A DNA stretch of 64,000 nt from Octopus sinensis (Eukaryota): the NCBI RefSeq assembly GCF_006345805.1, contig NC_042998.1, positions 104,594,001-104,658,000 of the forward strand, read 5' to 3'. Positions within the stretch are counted from its first letter, which is position 1. Every line of letters starts with the position of its first letter. Below are positions 51,905 through 64,000 of this stretch, one piece after another. The position numbers were made by a program, and so were the translations under genes. The notes under the pieces were generated by a model that did not search any database, was not told the DNA's origin, and was given only the letters and a program-made list of their open reading frames with translations.

Positions 51905-54092
51905 ACACTGCCGAGGAAAGATCTAAACAAGAGGGGATGTAGTAGATGACTTTAGGCCCATCACTTTGCTTAATGCAGACTTGAAAATTTTGGCCAAGGT
52001 GTTAGCCAAGAGTTTGGCGCTTGTCATCGAGAAACTGGTCGACAAGGCGCAAACGTGCGCCGTGCCGGATCGGAGCATCCATGACACCCTCCATCTGATG
52101 CGCTACATCTTTGACAGGGTAGTTAAGAAACCTGGCATGGGTGGGGTGCTGATCAATTTGGATCAATCGAAAGCTTTCGATAGGGTTGACCATCGATACT
52201 TCTAGGCTGTCCTCAGAGCGGCTGGTTTCGGTATCCGTTCGGTAATTCGTGTAAATGGACATCTATCGAGACCTTTCGACATTGCACGTTCGGACCGTCA
52301 GGGATGCCCCCTCTCGTCGCTTCTCTACATATTGACTCTCGAGTCATTATTGCGGAAGCTGGCAACTCTGAGGGGTATCCCGCGAGAATTGGGATGCGGG
52401 ACGAGCGTGTCTGCATAAGCGGACGACGTCACAATCATAGTGTCTAGCCATGAGCACATCGAGCTGGTCGGCGAGACACTGAAAGACTACGAAGCGGTGA
52501 CAAGAGCGAAAATCAACCGGGAAAAATCAGTGGGCTTGCGACTCGGCACCTGGAGAAGCAAGCCCATGCCGTCCACCAGCGCCTCCGTCGTGGGACGCTG
52601 GACAGACGGCCCGGTTGAGTTGCTCGGGGTCTGGTTCGGTCCGGACCTCCAAACGGAGAAGAACTGGAACGTGATAACGAGTAGGGTGGTCACTCTCGCC
52701 CGCCAATGGGCCGAGAGGAAACTGTCCCTAAAAGGTCGGGCGGAGGTGGCGAACTCGTACATCGCGTCCGTCATCTACTACCGCCTGACCGCCGTGCCTT
52801 GTCCCGACCCTACCATCACTAAACTCGAGCACATTCTCTTTCGCTTCTTGTGGAAAAGATGCGTCCCGATGGTCAGGCGATCCACTTGCTGTCAACACCC
52901 GTTAAAAGGAGGACTGTGCATGCGACATCTCAGGCTCTACGTAGACGACCGTGAACAGGTGTGGTCGCCGTTTGTGAGGCACACTTTCCTGCAACTCGTC
53001 TCCATGACCTAACTGCAGTCATGGATCAAAAAGAGGCCGAGGAAGGGTGAATGGCACCGCGAGTGTCGCGTTGCTCTCAAGCAACTATGCCGCCCCGGGT
53101 CGACTTTGAGTGACTTCAACACAACCAAGGCATTCTATAGGGGATTAGTGGAGGGGAGGTACGAAGACGAGCTCAGGGCGAACCTGGACGTCGACGAGGA
53201 ATACCTGACCTCCTTGTTCAGGACGACTTTCGGGCCAGGGCCCATGGACAACTTCCAGGGATCCCTGACCTGGCAGTGCTACCGAGAAGCGCTACCCGTT
53301 CGGGATAAGCTCTACAGATACGGCTCGAGAAACGCGGGGCCGACCAGCCCAAGATGCGGCCAGAGCGACGAAACCGTTCTGCACGCACTCGTGCAGTGTC
53401 CAACAATTTCCGACCTGTGGGCTTATGTCGAACGACTGCTGTCACGTGTGGGACGAGTCGGTTTATCAGCCGAGTCTATTGTCAATATTGTCACGCCTCC
53501 TTCCTTCAAACGGGAAGGAAGAGCTATTTTCATCATCCTTGTGGCTATGGCGAAAGAATGTATCTGGTGGACGCGTCTGAAAGGATTGGAGACAAACACT
53601 TTCCTCTCTGGTCAATCTCTCATCAACTTTTTCAAGTATCACTTGAAAAGGAAAGTGAGAGTAGAGAGGCAAGTTTTGCCTGGCGAATGTTTCAAAAAAA
53701 GATGGGTGAATGTAGCAAGGATGGCACGTATGAATGACGAAGCCACCTTGAGCATAATCCTATGAACCCATAAAATTTAAAACAGAGGCTTACCTACTTG
53801 CAAACAAATGTGGTAACATGCAACATTATTGACCGAGGTTACCGTGTTCTTTTCCGTAGGCTTTTCTTCCCACGGATAAACCTTATCTGCTTCCCCTTTT
53901 ACACTTTACATCATGACAGTGATACACGATCCTTATTGATCGTTTATTTTTCTTTTCCTTTCTTTTTCTTCTTCCCCTTTTACGATCCCTTTTGATCGAA
54001 AACCTACCCCACCTTTTTTTTCTCTCCCCCCAAAAGAAAAGCTCTACTTTGTAAGCTGTCCCGTCTGTGTTCAGCCCTGTATGGCTAATAAA
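51905..54092 (+). mobile_element. 5'-truncated Tx1/L1-clade LINE (RT, thumb, CCHC, 3' UTR with AATAAA) between (TCTA)n tracts
   Basis: DFRPITLLNADLKILAKVLA, LDQSKAFDRVDH, RQGCPLS, A*ADDVT, KINREKS, RCGQSDETVLHALVQCP; several stops. Confidence 0.92.
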
Positions 54093-54108
54093 GAAACATA
54101 TCTGTCTG

Positions 54109-54189
<81 letters not shown>

Positions 54190-54404
54190 ACCTGTATTGT
54201 ATATGTATGCATGATGGAATCTCCTGTCGAAAATGACGTATGAGAATGCAGAACGACTTTCACAAAGGATTTCTTTATCAAGTTAAGTTGCTGTATATCA
54301 GTTCACCCTCTCCATCAAATCGATTTTGACTGAACAAGTGCTCGGTGTACCAAATTTCATGTGTCGAAATATATATATGTGTTTGAGCGAGTGTCTATTA
54401 ATTG

Positions 54405-54640
54405 GAGGTGTGTGGGTTAGTGGTGAGGGTTTAGCAGTCATGGTAGTAAGTTTCGATTCCTGTTCCAAATGATGGGTTGTGTTCTTGCACAAAATACGTC
54501 GTTTCACGTTACTCCAGTCTATTTAACTGGCAAATATGAGTTATCCTACGATGGACCAGCGGTCCACCAGGAGGGGAATGTATACACCTCACAATCCGGA
54601 AAAGTGGTTTGGTGACCCTATCTTCATGAAAGAGTTTTGA
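54405..54640 (+). mobile_element. Degenerate CORE-like SINE
   Basis: gggttagtggtg...ttcgattcc...ttcacgttactccagtc...cctacgatggaccagcg. Confidence 0.55.
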
Positions 54641-55889
54641 TTTATGTTAAATATGTTCATGTTTTAATCTACAATATTAATTTTTATATATGAAGATATT
54701 TACTTTTTTCATAAACTCAGTGTATGATACAAATAGTTTTGAATATTTCGCTCGGGGAAATATCTTCTCTCCATGATTATTGAATGATTATCAGCTATTA
54801 CATGGTGGAGTTTATATTACTTTACTCTCTCTTTCAAATCGACAATTCCTGTACAGATGCACCACACGTCAGATGCCAAAGTGACTGTAGACGACATTGA
54901 TATTGTTATTAAGTTCTATTCTTCTGCTTTATTCTATATAGTTTTCAAATTACCTGGTTAGTCATTTGTCCCATTAACTAATACAAAAGTAACAGCATAG
55001 AATTTTTTTTATTTAATTAACGATAAAATCAAATTTCATGAGTAAAATTCTATTTACTTAATGATTGATATACTGAAGTTCATTTTCAACATAATTTATT
55101 AAGCACATTAACATTGGTAATATTTTCATACATGTAAAAATATAAAAATAGCAAGGTAGGTGTGTTGTTTTCTGCAGAAATAAATTGGTTGGATATATTG
55201 TTATCTTTCGCTTATACAGTTATTGACTGAACATTGTACACTCACACTTTGGTCATTTGAAAACTCCGCAAAGCGGACCCAATTGTTTTCATGCACGGCT
55301 CTTTAAGAAGTTAACACCATGCTACGAAAATTATTGCGATTGTCATTGTATATAAAATGATTAAGTCTAACATTTAAAGAAACTGCTAAATTCATTGTTC
55401 ACAATAATAATTATCATAACTCTATGTACGAAATAGTTAGGCACAACTTCAATCCTCGTCTTTATTCACGTTCAGGCATCCTATGTATAGTTTACATCTA
55501 ATAGCAATTTGATTATTTGGATTCCTACATATCCCTGGGTCCGAATACATTGGTGCGTCCACGCTTTCACATTAGCAACCTGGATAGTTAAAAAACGAGA
55601 AATAATTAACAGTGAAATATTATGTTCGGTTCAAACAATAAAATGTAGAGCATGGAATGAAGTAAATCAAATATTGATGTAAAATATCTTTTTCTTTGTA
55701 AAATGAAAATAAAACCGAAACATATCTATAGTTCTAATAGAAATACGTGAGTAAAAATCTTAACAAATTTAAACATAACATTAACACATCATTAGTAATT
55801 TGTAGTTATGCTCGGATAAGATAGAAATGAAAACTTACCACTTACTATATAACATCATTACGTTAATACACTATCTTAGCAAGTCGTCT

Positions 55890-56100
55890 CGATGGATGAA
55901 TCATTAGCACGACAGGTAAAAAAAATGTTGAGCGGTACTTTGTCCATTTTTAGATCTGAGTTTAAATTCTACCGGAGTCGACTTTGCCTCCTTTCCTTTC
56001 TGGCTCGGTAAAACAAGTACCAGTTTAACATTGTCATCGATGTAATCGACTTATTCGCATCCCCGAAAATTTTTGGTCTTAAGCCAAAATTTGAAACCAG
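55890..56100 (+). mobile_element. Third SINE type (Meta-domain-like centre); further copies ~56655-56770 (+) and 56810-57025 (-)
   Basis: gtcgactttgcctttcatcctttcggggtc(g/a)ataaa..aagtaccag motif in all three; superfamily name is inference. Confidence 0.7.
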
Positions 56101-57694
56101 TATTTCATTAAGGTTTGGGATCACCAAGCAAATAGATCCAAATACTCAAATTATTGAAAATATAAGCATTAGCGAAGAACAAATTTGTTCTTCATAATAC
56201 TAAATATTGATAACGGAAAGAATTTGGTTAGTAGTTGTTAATTATTCAAAATATAGGTATAGATGGTTCTACATTATATTGAAAAAAAATTGTTGGTTTT
56301 AAAAAAAAAACTGATATGTTTATCGTCATCATATTTCAGATTATACAAACGACTGCATGTAAAGTTACCATCTTAGCAATTATCACATAAGAAGCGTTTT
56401 TTTAAATAAAAAGATATTTTATGAGGTGAAGAGCATTATCTTGATGCATTTTCATTGAATATTAGAAATTCGAGGAAAGAGATACAGATACTTACAAATT
56501 CAAATTAATAAAGAACAGAATTCGTTAATGCCAATGATATCCATTCTTCGTACATTATTATACAATATCATTTCCAAAATCAGGACGCTTTAAATTGAAT
56601 AAGCTTTTATCTAACATCCTTGCAGTTAGACACTATTGTTGATTATTTGCTAATTAGAGGTAGACTTTGCCTTTCATCCTTTCGGGGTCAATAAATAAAG
56701 TGCTAGTTGCGTTTTGGAGTCGATCTAATCAATTGGTCCCCTCCTCTTGTGCCTATAGGGGAAAAGATTATTAGTTAATTAGGTAATCCAAATTACAAAT
56801 CTGTAATATATTCTTTTCTACTCGAGACACAAGACCCGAAACATTTTGGGAGGGGGCCAGTCGAATAGATCTACCTCAGTGCATAACTGGTACTTAATTT
56901 ATCAACCCTGAAAGGATGAATGGCATAGTCGACCTCGGCGGAATTTGAACTCAGAAAGTAAAAACAGACGAAATACTGCTAAGCTTTTCGCCGGCGTGCT
57001 CACGTTTCTGCTAGCTCACCGCCTTCATTTCGTCATATATTACTATAAGGAAATTTTCTGATACACTATTTACTTTTATGTTTGATAAATACGCAGATAA
57101 ATTAAACCATCTTTACGTTTACATCATTCAAATATGTAAACAACTAGACAGTATAATTATATTTTCAGTGTGTGCCAGGAATACTTAAACTATTATAGCA
57201 AGATTCGAAACTGAATCGATAAACGGCCAAGTGAAAATCACAATTTGGTAACAGCTTTTAAGTGTGATCCACCAACCAGCAACCAGACATCATGCGATGC
57301 TTCATTCTTCAGCCCTCCAGAATATTCTCTCAAGGCTTAGAACCCAACTTGGTTACCATCTTCTCTTATCCTTCATCACAGTATAAATATAAATTAAATT
57401 AGAGATAACACCACTATTAGGGAAATCAAACAGTGAAAAACATAAAAATAAATATAATTAATATAATATACAAAATATATAAAATATAAAATTTAAAAGT
57501 AAATTATTTAAATTCAAAATTTTAAAATTATATTTATAAATTTTTATATTTTTTATCTTTATTTATTTATTTTTTATTTTTAAATTTTAAATTCATAAAC
57601 TTTTAAACTTTTAATTTTTAATATTTATATTTATTTATTTTTTTATATAACTATCAAAAAGGTATTAAAGAGTTTAATATAATATAATATGTAA

Positions 57695-58691
57695 AACCTC
57701 TACGTACGTTTCGTGGCCATAACCCAATTCGAATTTAAATTCAATAATTTAAATTCAATTAAAAATTCGAATTATAATCATAGTCAATCTTCAGGTTAAA
57801 GATAATAGTTAAATAAATAAGCAAATATATTTAAACAATATTTTTTTATAAATAAATAAAATAATAATTTTTCTTATAAAAAACTCTATTATCACATTAG
57901 AAACTTTAACGATTAGGATTATGTCATACAATCCAATTATAATGTTAAATATTAATTATTAAGGTAAGAATAGATAGAAAATGTATTTATCGATTAAGAT
58001 ATAAAATGGCTATAAAAACTTAATAAACTCACGAATAACCTAATATCAGTTATAGTCAATATCTAATTACCAAATTATTTAACAAAAAAATAATCACTAT
58101 TCATATTTCTAAATTTTAGTTCAAATCTAATAATTATAAAATATTTAAGAATAATAACTAAATTATTATCAATAAATATAATAATTAAGATCTAAAATTT
58201 TCTTTATCAATAAATATATATACGTATAATGAAAACTAAATAAATTAATTATTCCATTATTATTTACGAAATATATTAAAAAATTAAAGATGAAAAAGCG
58301 TATAAACTATCTTTAAAAAACCGTATAACTATTTAACGATCAATATATCTCGTTGGCCAATTAGTAACTTACAAAAACCGTATAGTAATAATCTAATAAT
58401 GAAATACATATCTTCAACAACTAAATACTTATACAATCAAATTATCAATCCTTAGTTATATAGTATCCAATATAATACAATATAACATAAATTATTAAGA
58501 TAACTTTAGTAAAAAGGTTTACTTAGCTTTCAAAAATCGTGTCATTAACTAAACTAATAATAAACAAATGGAAAATTCTTTTAACAATGAAAACTACGAA
58601 TATATTTTATCAATGAAAAATACTAATACAAATTATCAATGAAAAATGGCTATATTTAAGCTATAATAAAACAAAGTCACTATTAGAGATA
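57695..58691 (-). mobile_element. Truncated inverted homolog of the AT-rich PLE extension, with hammerhead-like end (57695-57800)
   Basis: Collinear with 9404-10520; CUGAAGA...long stem II...GAAA-CGUACG-UA. Confidence 0.8.
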
Positions 58692-59100
58692 TCTGACCAG
58701 TTGAGGTGAAGTAATAGCTGACCAGTTGAGGTGAAGTAATTGTGACGTAATGTTGCTATGTGTACCGAATTCGACTTTTGTAGTGGGCGGATAGCACGGG
58801 GACCAAGTCTTAGATGGATTTCAAAATTGATGCCAGCATCATTTGTGCAATATTGATGGAATATTTTCCAAATCACACAAATGAGTAGCGCTTCGGGCGG
58901 CGTTGGAATATATATATATATACACACACACAACTTGTTTATGTATGCATGTAAGGAAAGCTCCAAGGAAAGGAAGATGATACAACTTATGTATATATAT
59001 ATATGCATGTATATATGTATGCATATATGTATATGCATGTATATATGTATGCATATATGTATATCCATGTTTATATATATATATAATATATATATATATA

Positions 59101-59231
59101 TAATTAGAAAATGGAGAAAAAACATAGATTAACCAGTACCTCGATAGGACCACATTTAAAGGTTAAATAAGCTTTAAACGTGGTCCTATAGATGTACTGG
59201 TTAATTTATGGTTTTCTCCGTTTTCTAATTA
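59101..59231. mobile_element. Short foldback/MITE-like palindrome
   Basis: taattagaaaatggagaaaa...ggaccacatttaaa / tttaaacgtggtcc...ttttctccgttttctaatta; ~60-bp arms. Confidence 0.9.
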
Positions 59232-59469
59232 TTTGCATTGGTTCCTGATAAACATTTTCTTATCCTATTGTCACCAGCGGTCGACGTATATGGTGCCCCT
59301 GTACACCATTGCCTGGTGTAACACAGGTAATGGATACTGATAGTACATACGTATATATTTTATCCCTTAGTCGGTTACTACAACTGGTAAATCTCTCTCT
59401 ATATATATGTATGCATATATATATATATATATAATATATATATATATATATGTATGCAATATATATATG

Positions 59470-59502
<33 letters not shown>

Positions 59503-59600
59503 ACACACACACACGCACACACACATGTATATATATATATATATTATATAGAGGGCATTACTATACATAAATGCCACACGCTAGGAGGGTCTCTTAAAGT

Positions 59601-59679
<79 letters not shown>

Positions 59680-59699
59680 ACATGTATATATGCATGCAA

Positions 59700-61416
59700 A
59701 TGTTCTTACGCATACATACAGATTACATCGATATAAAGGAAGACGATGTAATAAAGGCTATAGATGAAATGAAAACAGACTCAGCTACTGGCCCCGATGG
59801 ATTCCCGGCAATCCTCCTAAAAGTATGTAAGAGAGTCCTAGCAAGACCACTGCAGTTCCTCTTTCAGAGCTTCCTTGCAGCTGGCAAACTTCCAAGAAAA
59901 CTGAAGGAAGGTAAAATATGCCCTATTCATAAAGGAGGTAGCAGAGCGGAGGCCAAGAACTACAGACATATCTCTCTGACCTCACACATCAGCAAGGTCA
60001 TGGAACGAATAGTCAGAAGGAAACTGATCACCTTCCTTGAAGAAAATGACTTGCTGCCTGACACCCAACATGGTTTCCGACCAGGAAGAAGCTGCTTAAC
60101 TCAGCTCCTACTACACTATGACTGGGTGCTGAAACGACTGCTCAACCACTCAAATGTGGAAGTGATATATCTCGACTTTGCAAAGGCCTTTGATAAAGTT
60201 GATCATGGAATGATATGTCACAAACTGCGTGATCTTAGCGTAGTTGGAAAACTGGGAGAATGGCTTCATGACTTTCTGAAAGATAGAAGTCAGGTGGTAG
60301 TAGCCAATGGGGTCACTTCCATTAACACGCAAATAGTGAGCGGTGTTCCGCAGGGCACTGTTTTGGGACCACTACAATTCATAATGGCCCTCTCAGACAT
60401 GCCCTCAGCCACGCAGAGAGCCACGATCACAAGTTATGCAGATGATACAAAAGTTTCACAGGCAATACAGAACCTTGAGGACACTAAACGCCTGCAATGT
60501 GAGCTGGACAAAATATACAAGTGGGCTGAAAAGAATAGCATGCAGTTCAATGCTGAAAAGTTTCAAGCTTTATGCTATCAGCATGCAAAACTAAATGCAA
60601 TACCCAATGAATACAATCAGAGGCACAATCAGTGCGTGACCTGGGTATTTACATGAGTGATGACGCAACCTTTCGTGTACATGTTGCTAAATTGGCAATG
60701 AAATGTAGACGACTGGCCGGATGGATTCTCAGAACCTTTAGAACAAGAGAAAAAGAAACCATGATGGTCCTCTGGAGGACACTTTTCCTAAGCCACTTTG
60801 ACTATTGCTCTCAGCTATGGTCACCATCCAGTGTCAAGTTGATGACAGAACTTGAGGCGATCCAACGTAGCTACACGAAGAAGATAGCCTCTGTGCAGAA
60901 TATAAGCTACTGGGAAAGACTCAAGAGATTAAAACTCTATTCCTTGGAGCGTAGGCGAGAAAGATATGCCATAATATACATCTGGAAGATCCTGGAAGGA
61001 CTTGTCCCAAACTTTGGCATCGAGAGTTACACAAATGCCAGAACTGGGCGCCACTGCGTGGTGCCTAGGACTCCAAATTTGCCATCAAGATGTAGGACAA
61101 GATACTGTGATAGCCTGGGCTTCCGAGGCCCACAGCTCTTCAATATCCTCCCGAAGAATCTAAGAGACCTGCATGGGGTGGATGCAGATGTCTTTAAAGT
61201 GAAACTGGATATCTTCTTGTCAGGTATCCCAGATGAACCAACTTCACGGCAGGAGGTGCAGATGAGGGTAGCTGCATCGAACTCTCTCATGCACCAAATG
61301 GCAGTTGCTAAAAAACATTCGTGAAGTAAAACCATGTAGCAACACCAAATGGCGGTGCCCCAGCATGGCCGCAGCTCGTGAGCTGAAACTAGAATCAATC
61401 AATCAATCAATCAATC
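59700..61416 (+). mobile_element. 5'-truncated CR1-like LINE: RT (two frames, 59682-60656 and 60632-61324), 3' stem-loop, (AATC)n tail
   Basis: GPDGFP, NYRHISLTS, QHGFRPGRSC, YLDFAKAFDKVDH, GVPQGTVLGP, YADDTK, DLGI, ERLKRLKLYSLERRR. Confidence 0.95.
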
Positions 61417-61619
61417 ATATGCGCACATAAAAATATATGTATCCATATTTGAGCTTACCCATATGTACATATATATACTTACATAGGAACTCATACACAT
61501 GCAAACACGTACACACCGACATAAGCACATGTGCACACATGTACACATGTGCATACATATATATTTGTGTACACTTGCGTGTGTTTGCATATGCACCCAA
61601 ACATATTTATCTAAATATA

Positions 61620-62010
61620 CTCAATTATAAATGCATACTCATAATCACACCCGCGCGCACTCATATTTTGATATCTATGCGATTGTTATGATATTATTAA
61701 TGTACCAGTACAGGAAGAGATGCGGAGAAAATAGGAGAGGGAGAGGGTTCACTGAATTATTATTATCATTATTCTATGCGGTATCGGGAAAATGTATATT
61801 TCCAGTGGTGGCAACACTAGGACTTTCCCACTATGCTTCTTTACTAGGTTTACTTCGCTCAGCGAGATACATAGGGCTTCTTCAAGGCACAGGTCACATA
61901 CCACGGATAATACATTATACGGGTGTGCATTTCTTTTTATTATTGACCATTCGATTTCATATCTTATTTTTACATCTTTTACTCTCATTTGCTTCAGACA
62001 ACAGATCTTG
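61620..62010 (-). pseudogene. PLE GIY-YIG C-terminus + 3' UTR
   Basis: IEWSIIKRNAHPYNVLSVVCDLCLEEALCI. Confidence 0.7.
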
Positions 62011-62199
62011 AATTGGTTTTAGGAGGGTCCTATGTATGCATATATATGTTGTTGCATGGTGATTGTGCATTTATAAGATGTCCTTTTTTGGATGCATTAA
62101 TTCATGAGCGAGTGCCGCAATGATTTACACTGTCTTTGTTGTTATTTGATGACGCACACATTATAAAAACAACAAGAAACACATAACAACAGCTAACCC

Positions 62200-63230
62200 A
62201 AGATAGAATGAAAAAATAGGATAAAATAAACAAAACCCGAACTAATAACAATATTACAACGACGACCCTCAACATAGCACAGAAAATAGGTTGAAGGGAT
62301 CAAACAAAAAAATGCAATATTTTTGAGGTGTTATGGTACAACCAACTTTTCGGATTACAAATATCATCGAAAATAGGTAAGGATCTTTTTGTAGTGTTAG
62401 ATAGGTGCTTCTCTAAAACACACAAATATCATCGTATCTTTAATAAGCACACAGTGAAAGTATCGTACGCCACATTCAACAACACGGAGTACTACATACA
62501 GAAATACAACAGTACAAATACATACCTGCAATCAACGATCGCAAACACGGAACAAACATAACAAAGCAATACAGGGTACTGGAGTGATAACAAAAACAAA
62601 CACGATAAGGATCACAAAAACAAGGATAGCGGCCCCTACAGCTACAAAAGGAGCCAAACAAAAACCAAAACAAGGAACAACGAAACAAGCAATAACATCA
62701 AGAACACAGCAAACAATATCAATCAACCGGAACTTCATGAAAGCGAAAGCAAAAAGTCACCACATAACAAAAGAAATACTAATAGTGTAAATCATTGCAG
62801 CTGTTGCAATAAATTTACATGTCCGCTCAAGAATCAATGCGAGCAACAAACATCATATATAAATGCACAATCACCACACGAAACATAAATATAAATACAT
62901 AGGGGCCTCCGAAAATCACTTGCAGGTGATTTATTGGAATCTCATCTCCTCATGCCGAAAGATAAACCGGCAACACGCAAAGAAAACCTTCTCAAAAAGC
63001 ATTGAGACAATCCCAAGATGTTGCCACAGCACGAAATATGCGTTTTCTAGATACTGCATAGAAAAAAAATAATAAATTGGCAAACTCTCACCCTCTAACT
63101 CACTCATTTTATCCCCATTTCTTCCTATTCTAACATACCAATAATATCATAACAACCACATAGATATCATAATATGTATGCATGTGGGTGTGGTTATATG
63201 TATGCAATGCATCTATATATAGATATTTGT
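62200..63230 (+). pseudogene. PLE linker + GIY-YIG + 3' UTR, decayed
   Basis: LWYN..KIGK..LDRCF.KTHKYHRIFNKHTVKVSY; HCSCCNKFTCPLKNQC; YKYIGASEN; 3' UTR 63075-63230 is an inverted homolog of 61620-61770. Confidence 0.75.
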
Positions 63231-63359
63231 ATGTATATATATATATTATGTGCATATATATATATAAGTTGTATATAAATATATATATATGCAAATATAT
63301 ATAGATATTTGTATGTATATATACGTGCATATATATAAGTTGTATATATATATATATGC

Positions 63360-63446
63360 ATACAGAGTAGAGGAGATTGGAAACGCAAGTCATAGGCAGT
63401 CTATGACTGCTTATGACTTGTGTTTTCAATCTCCTCTACTTTGTAT
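63360..63446 (+). ncRNA. 42-bp hairpin with 3-nt loop (candidate structured RNA)
   Basis: Arms 63360-63401 and 63405-63446; the only four mismatches are G-U on the + strand. Confidence 0.5.
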
Positions 63447-63527
63447 TTTTTTCGCATTGGCTCTCTAAGAACAATTCGTAAAGATACCGAACTTCTTCTA
63501 ACATACGTAATATTATATATATATATA

Positions 63528-64000
63528 CACTGGTCAACAAAAGGAAACTTTTTTTAGTCATCAGAGTTGCTGATTGACTTTTCCGGATTGGTTTTGATGC
63601 TGATTACGAATCTGAAGTTCGATTTTCTCTATCAGGTCACATTTTTATGTTAATGATATCTGCTGTTTTCACTTATAGGATATATAAAGTATATTGAATA
63701 TAAGATACGATAATTTCATGGCTTTTTATTGTACAAAATTAAAATTATTGTGTACAAATAAGTTAGAATACACTCAAATGCATAATAACTTAAAATCCTT
63801 GGGATCTGGACTTTCTATGGTGTTTTGTCTCAGGTTCATCCCTGTATAACATCCAACAGTAGTCAGCTAACATTCTTGCATTCCAAAATCCTTGATATCG
63901 TTGTTCATTCGATGCAATATCTTGATGAAAGCGTTCCCCTTGCTCATCAGACACTGCTCCAAGCTTCTCTGCAAAAATGTTCAGATGTGAATCAAGGAAA
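63528..64000 (-). mobile_element. End of a Chapaev3/CMC-like DNA transposon with transposase C-terminus (63790-63999)
   Basis: FLDSHLNIFAEKLGAVSDEQGERFHQDIASNEQRYQGFWNARMLADYCWMLYRD...*; terminus CACTGGTCAAC at 63528. Family assignment from memory of this motif. Confidence 0.65.

Noticed and set aside
58693-58739. 24-bp direct duplication ctgaccagttgaggtgaagtaat
   Set aside because: Small junctional duplication at the element boundary; no independent meaning evident.

Overview
Eukaryotic, AT-rich, microsatellite-saturated DNA. The SINE families and repeat landscape look like an octopod cephalopod (inference, not verified). No intact host gene, rRNA, tRNA gene, CRISPR array or other prokaryotic system is supportable, and most listed ORFs are translations of (TA)n/(CA)n/(TCTA)n repeats. 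The window is a stack of mobile-element relics: at least 8 Penelope-like (PLE; RT + GIY-YIG) remnants, R4/Dong-like, Tx1/L1-like, CR1-like and RTE-like LINEs, three SINE types, mariner/Tc1 elements, Helitron pieces and a Chapaev/CMC-like transposase end. The main hidden signal is RNA structure. Several unrelated type I hammerhead ribozyme (HHR) motifs sit at PLE-type termini. They include two identical, fully paired HHRs in 425-bp direct repeats 4647 bp apart, an HHR with a covariant G3:C8 core, a U6 core variant, and a near-complete HHR at 35.1 kb. In two cases an inverted copy of the element breaks off at or near the ribozyme. Other notable items: a PLE with about 2 kb of AT-rich cargo present twice, a SINE/LINE pair sharing a 3' stem-loop with compensatory changes, a 42-bp hairpin whose mismatches are all G-U, and old local duplications with candidate small exons. 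All folding and alignment was done by eye, and boundaries of degenerate elements are approximate.
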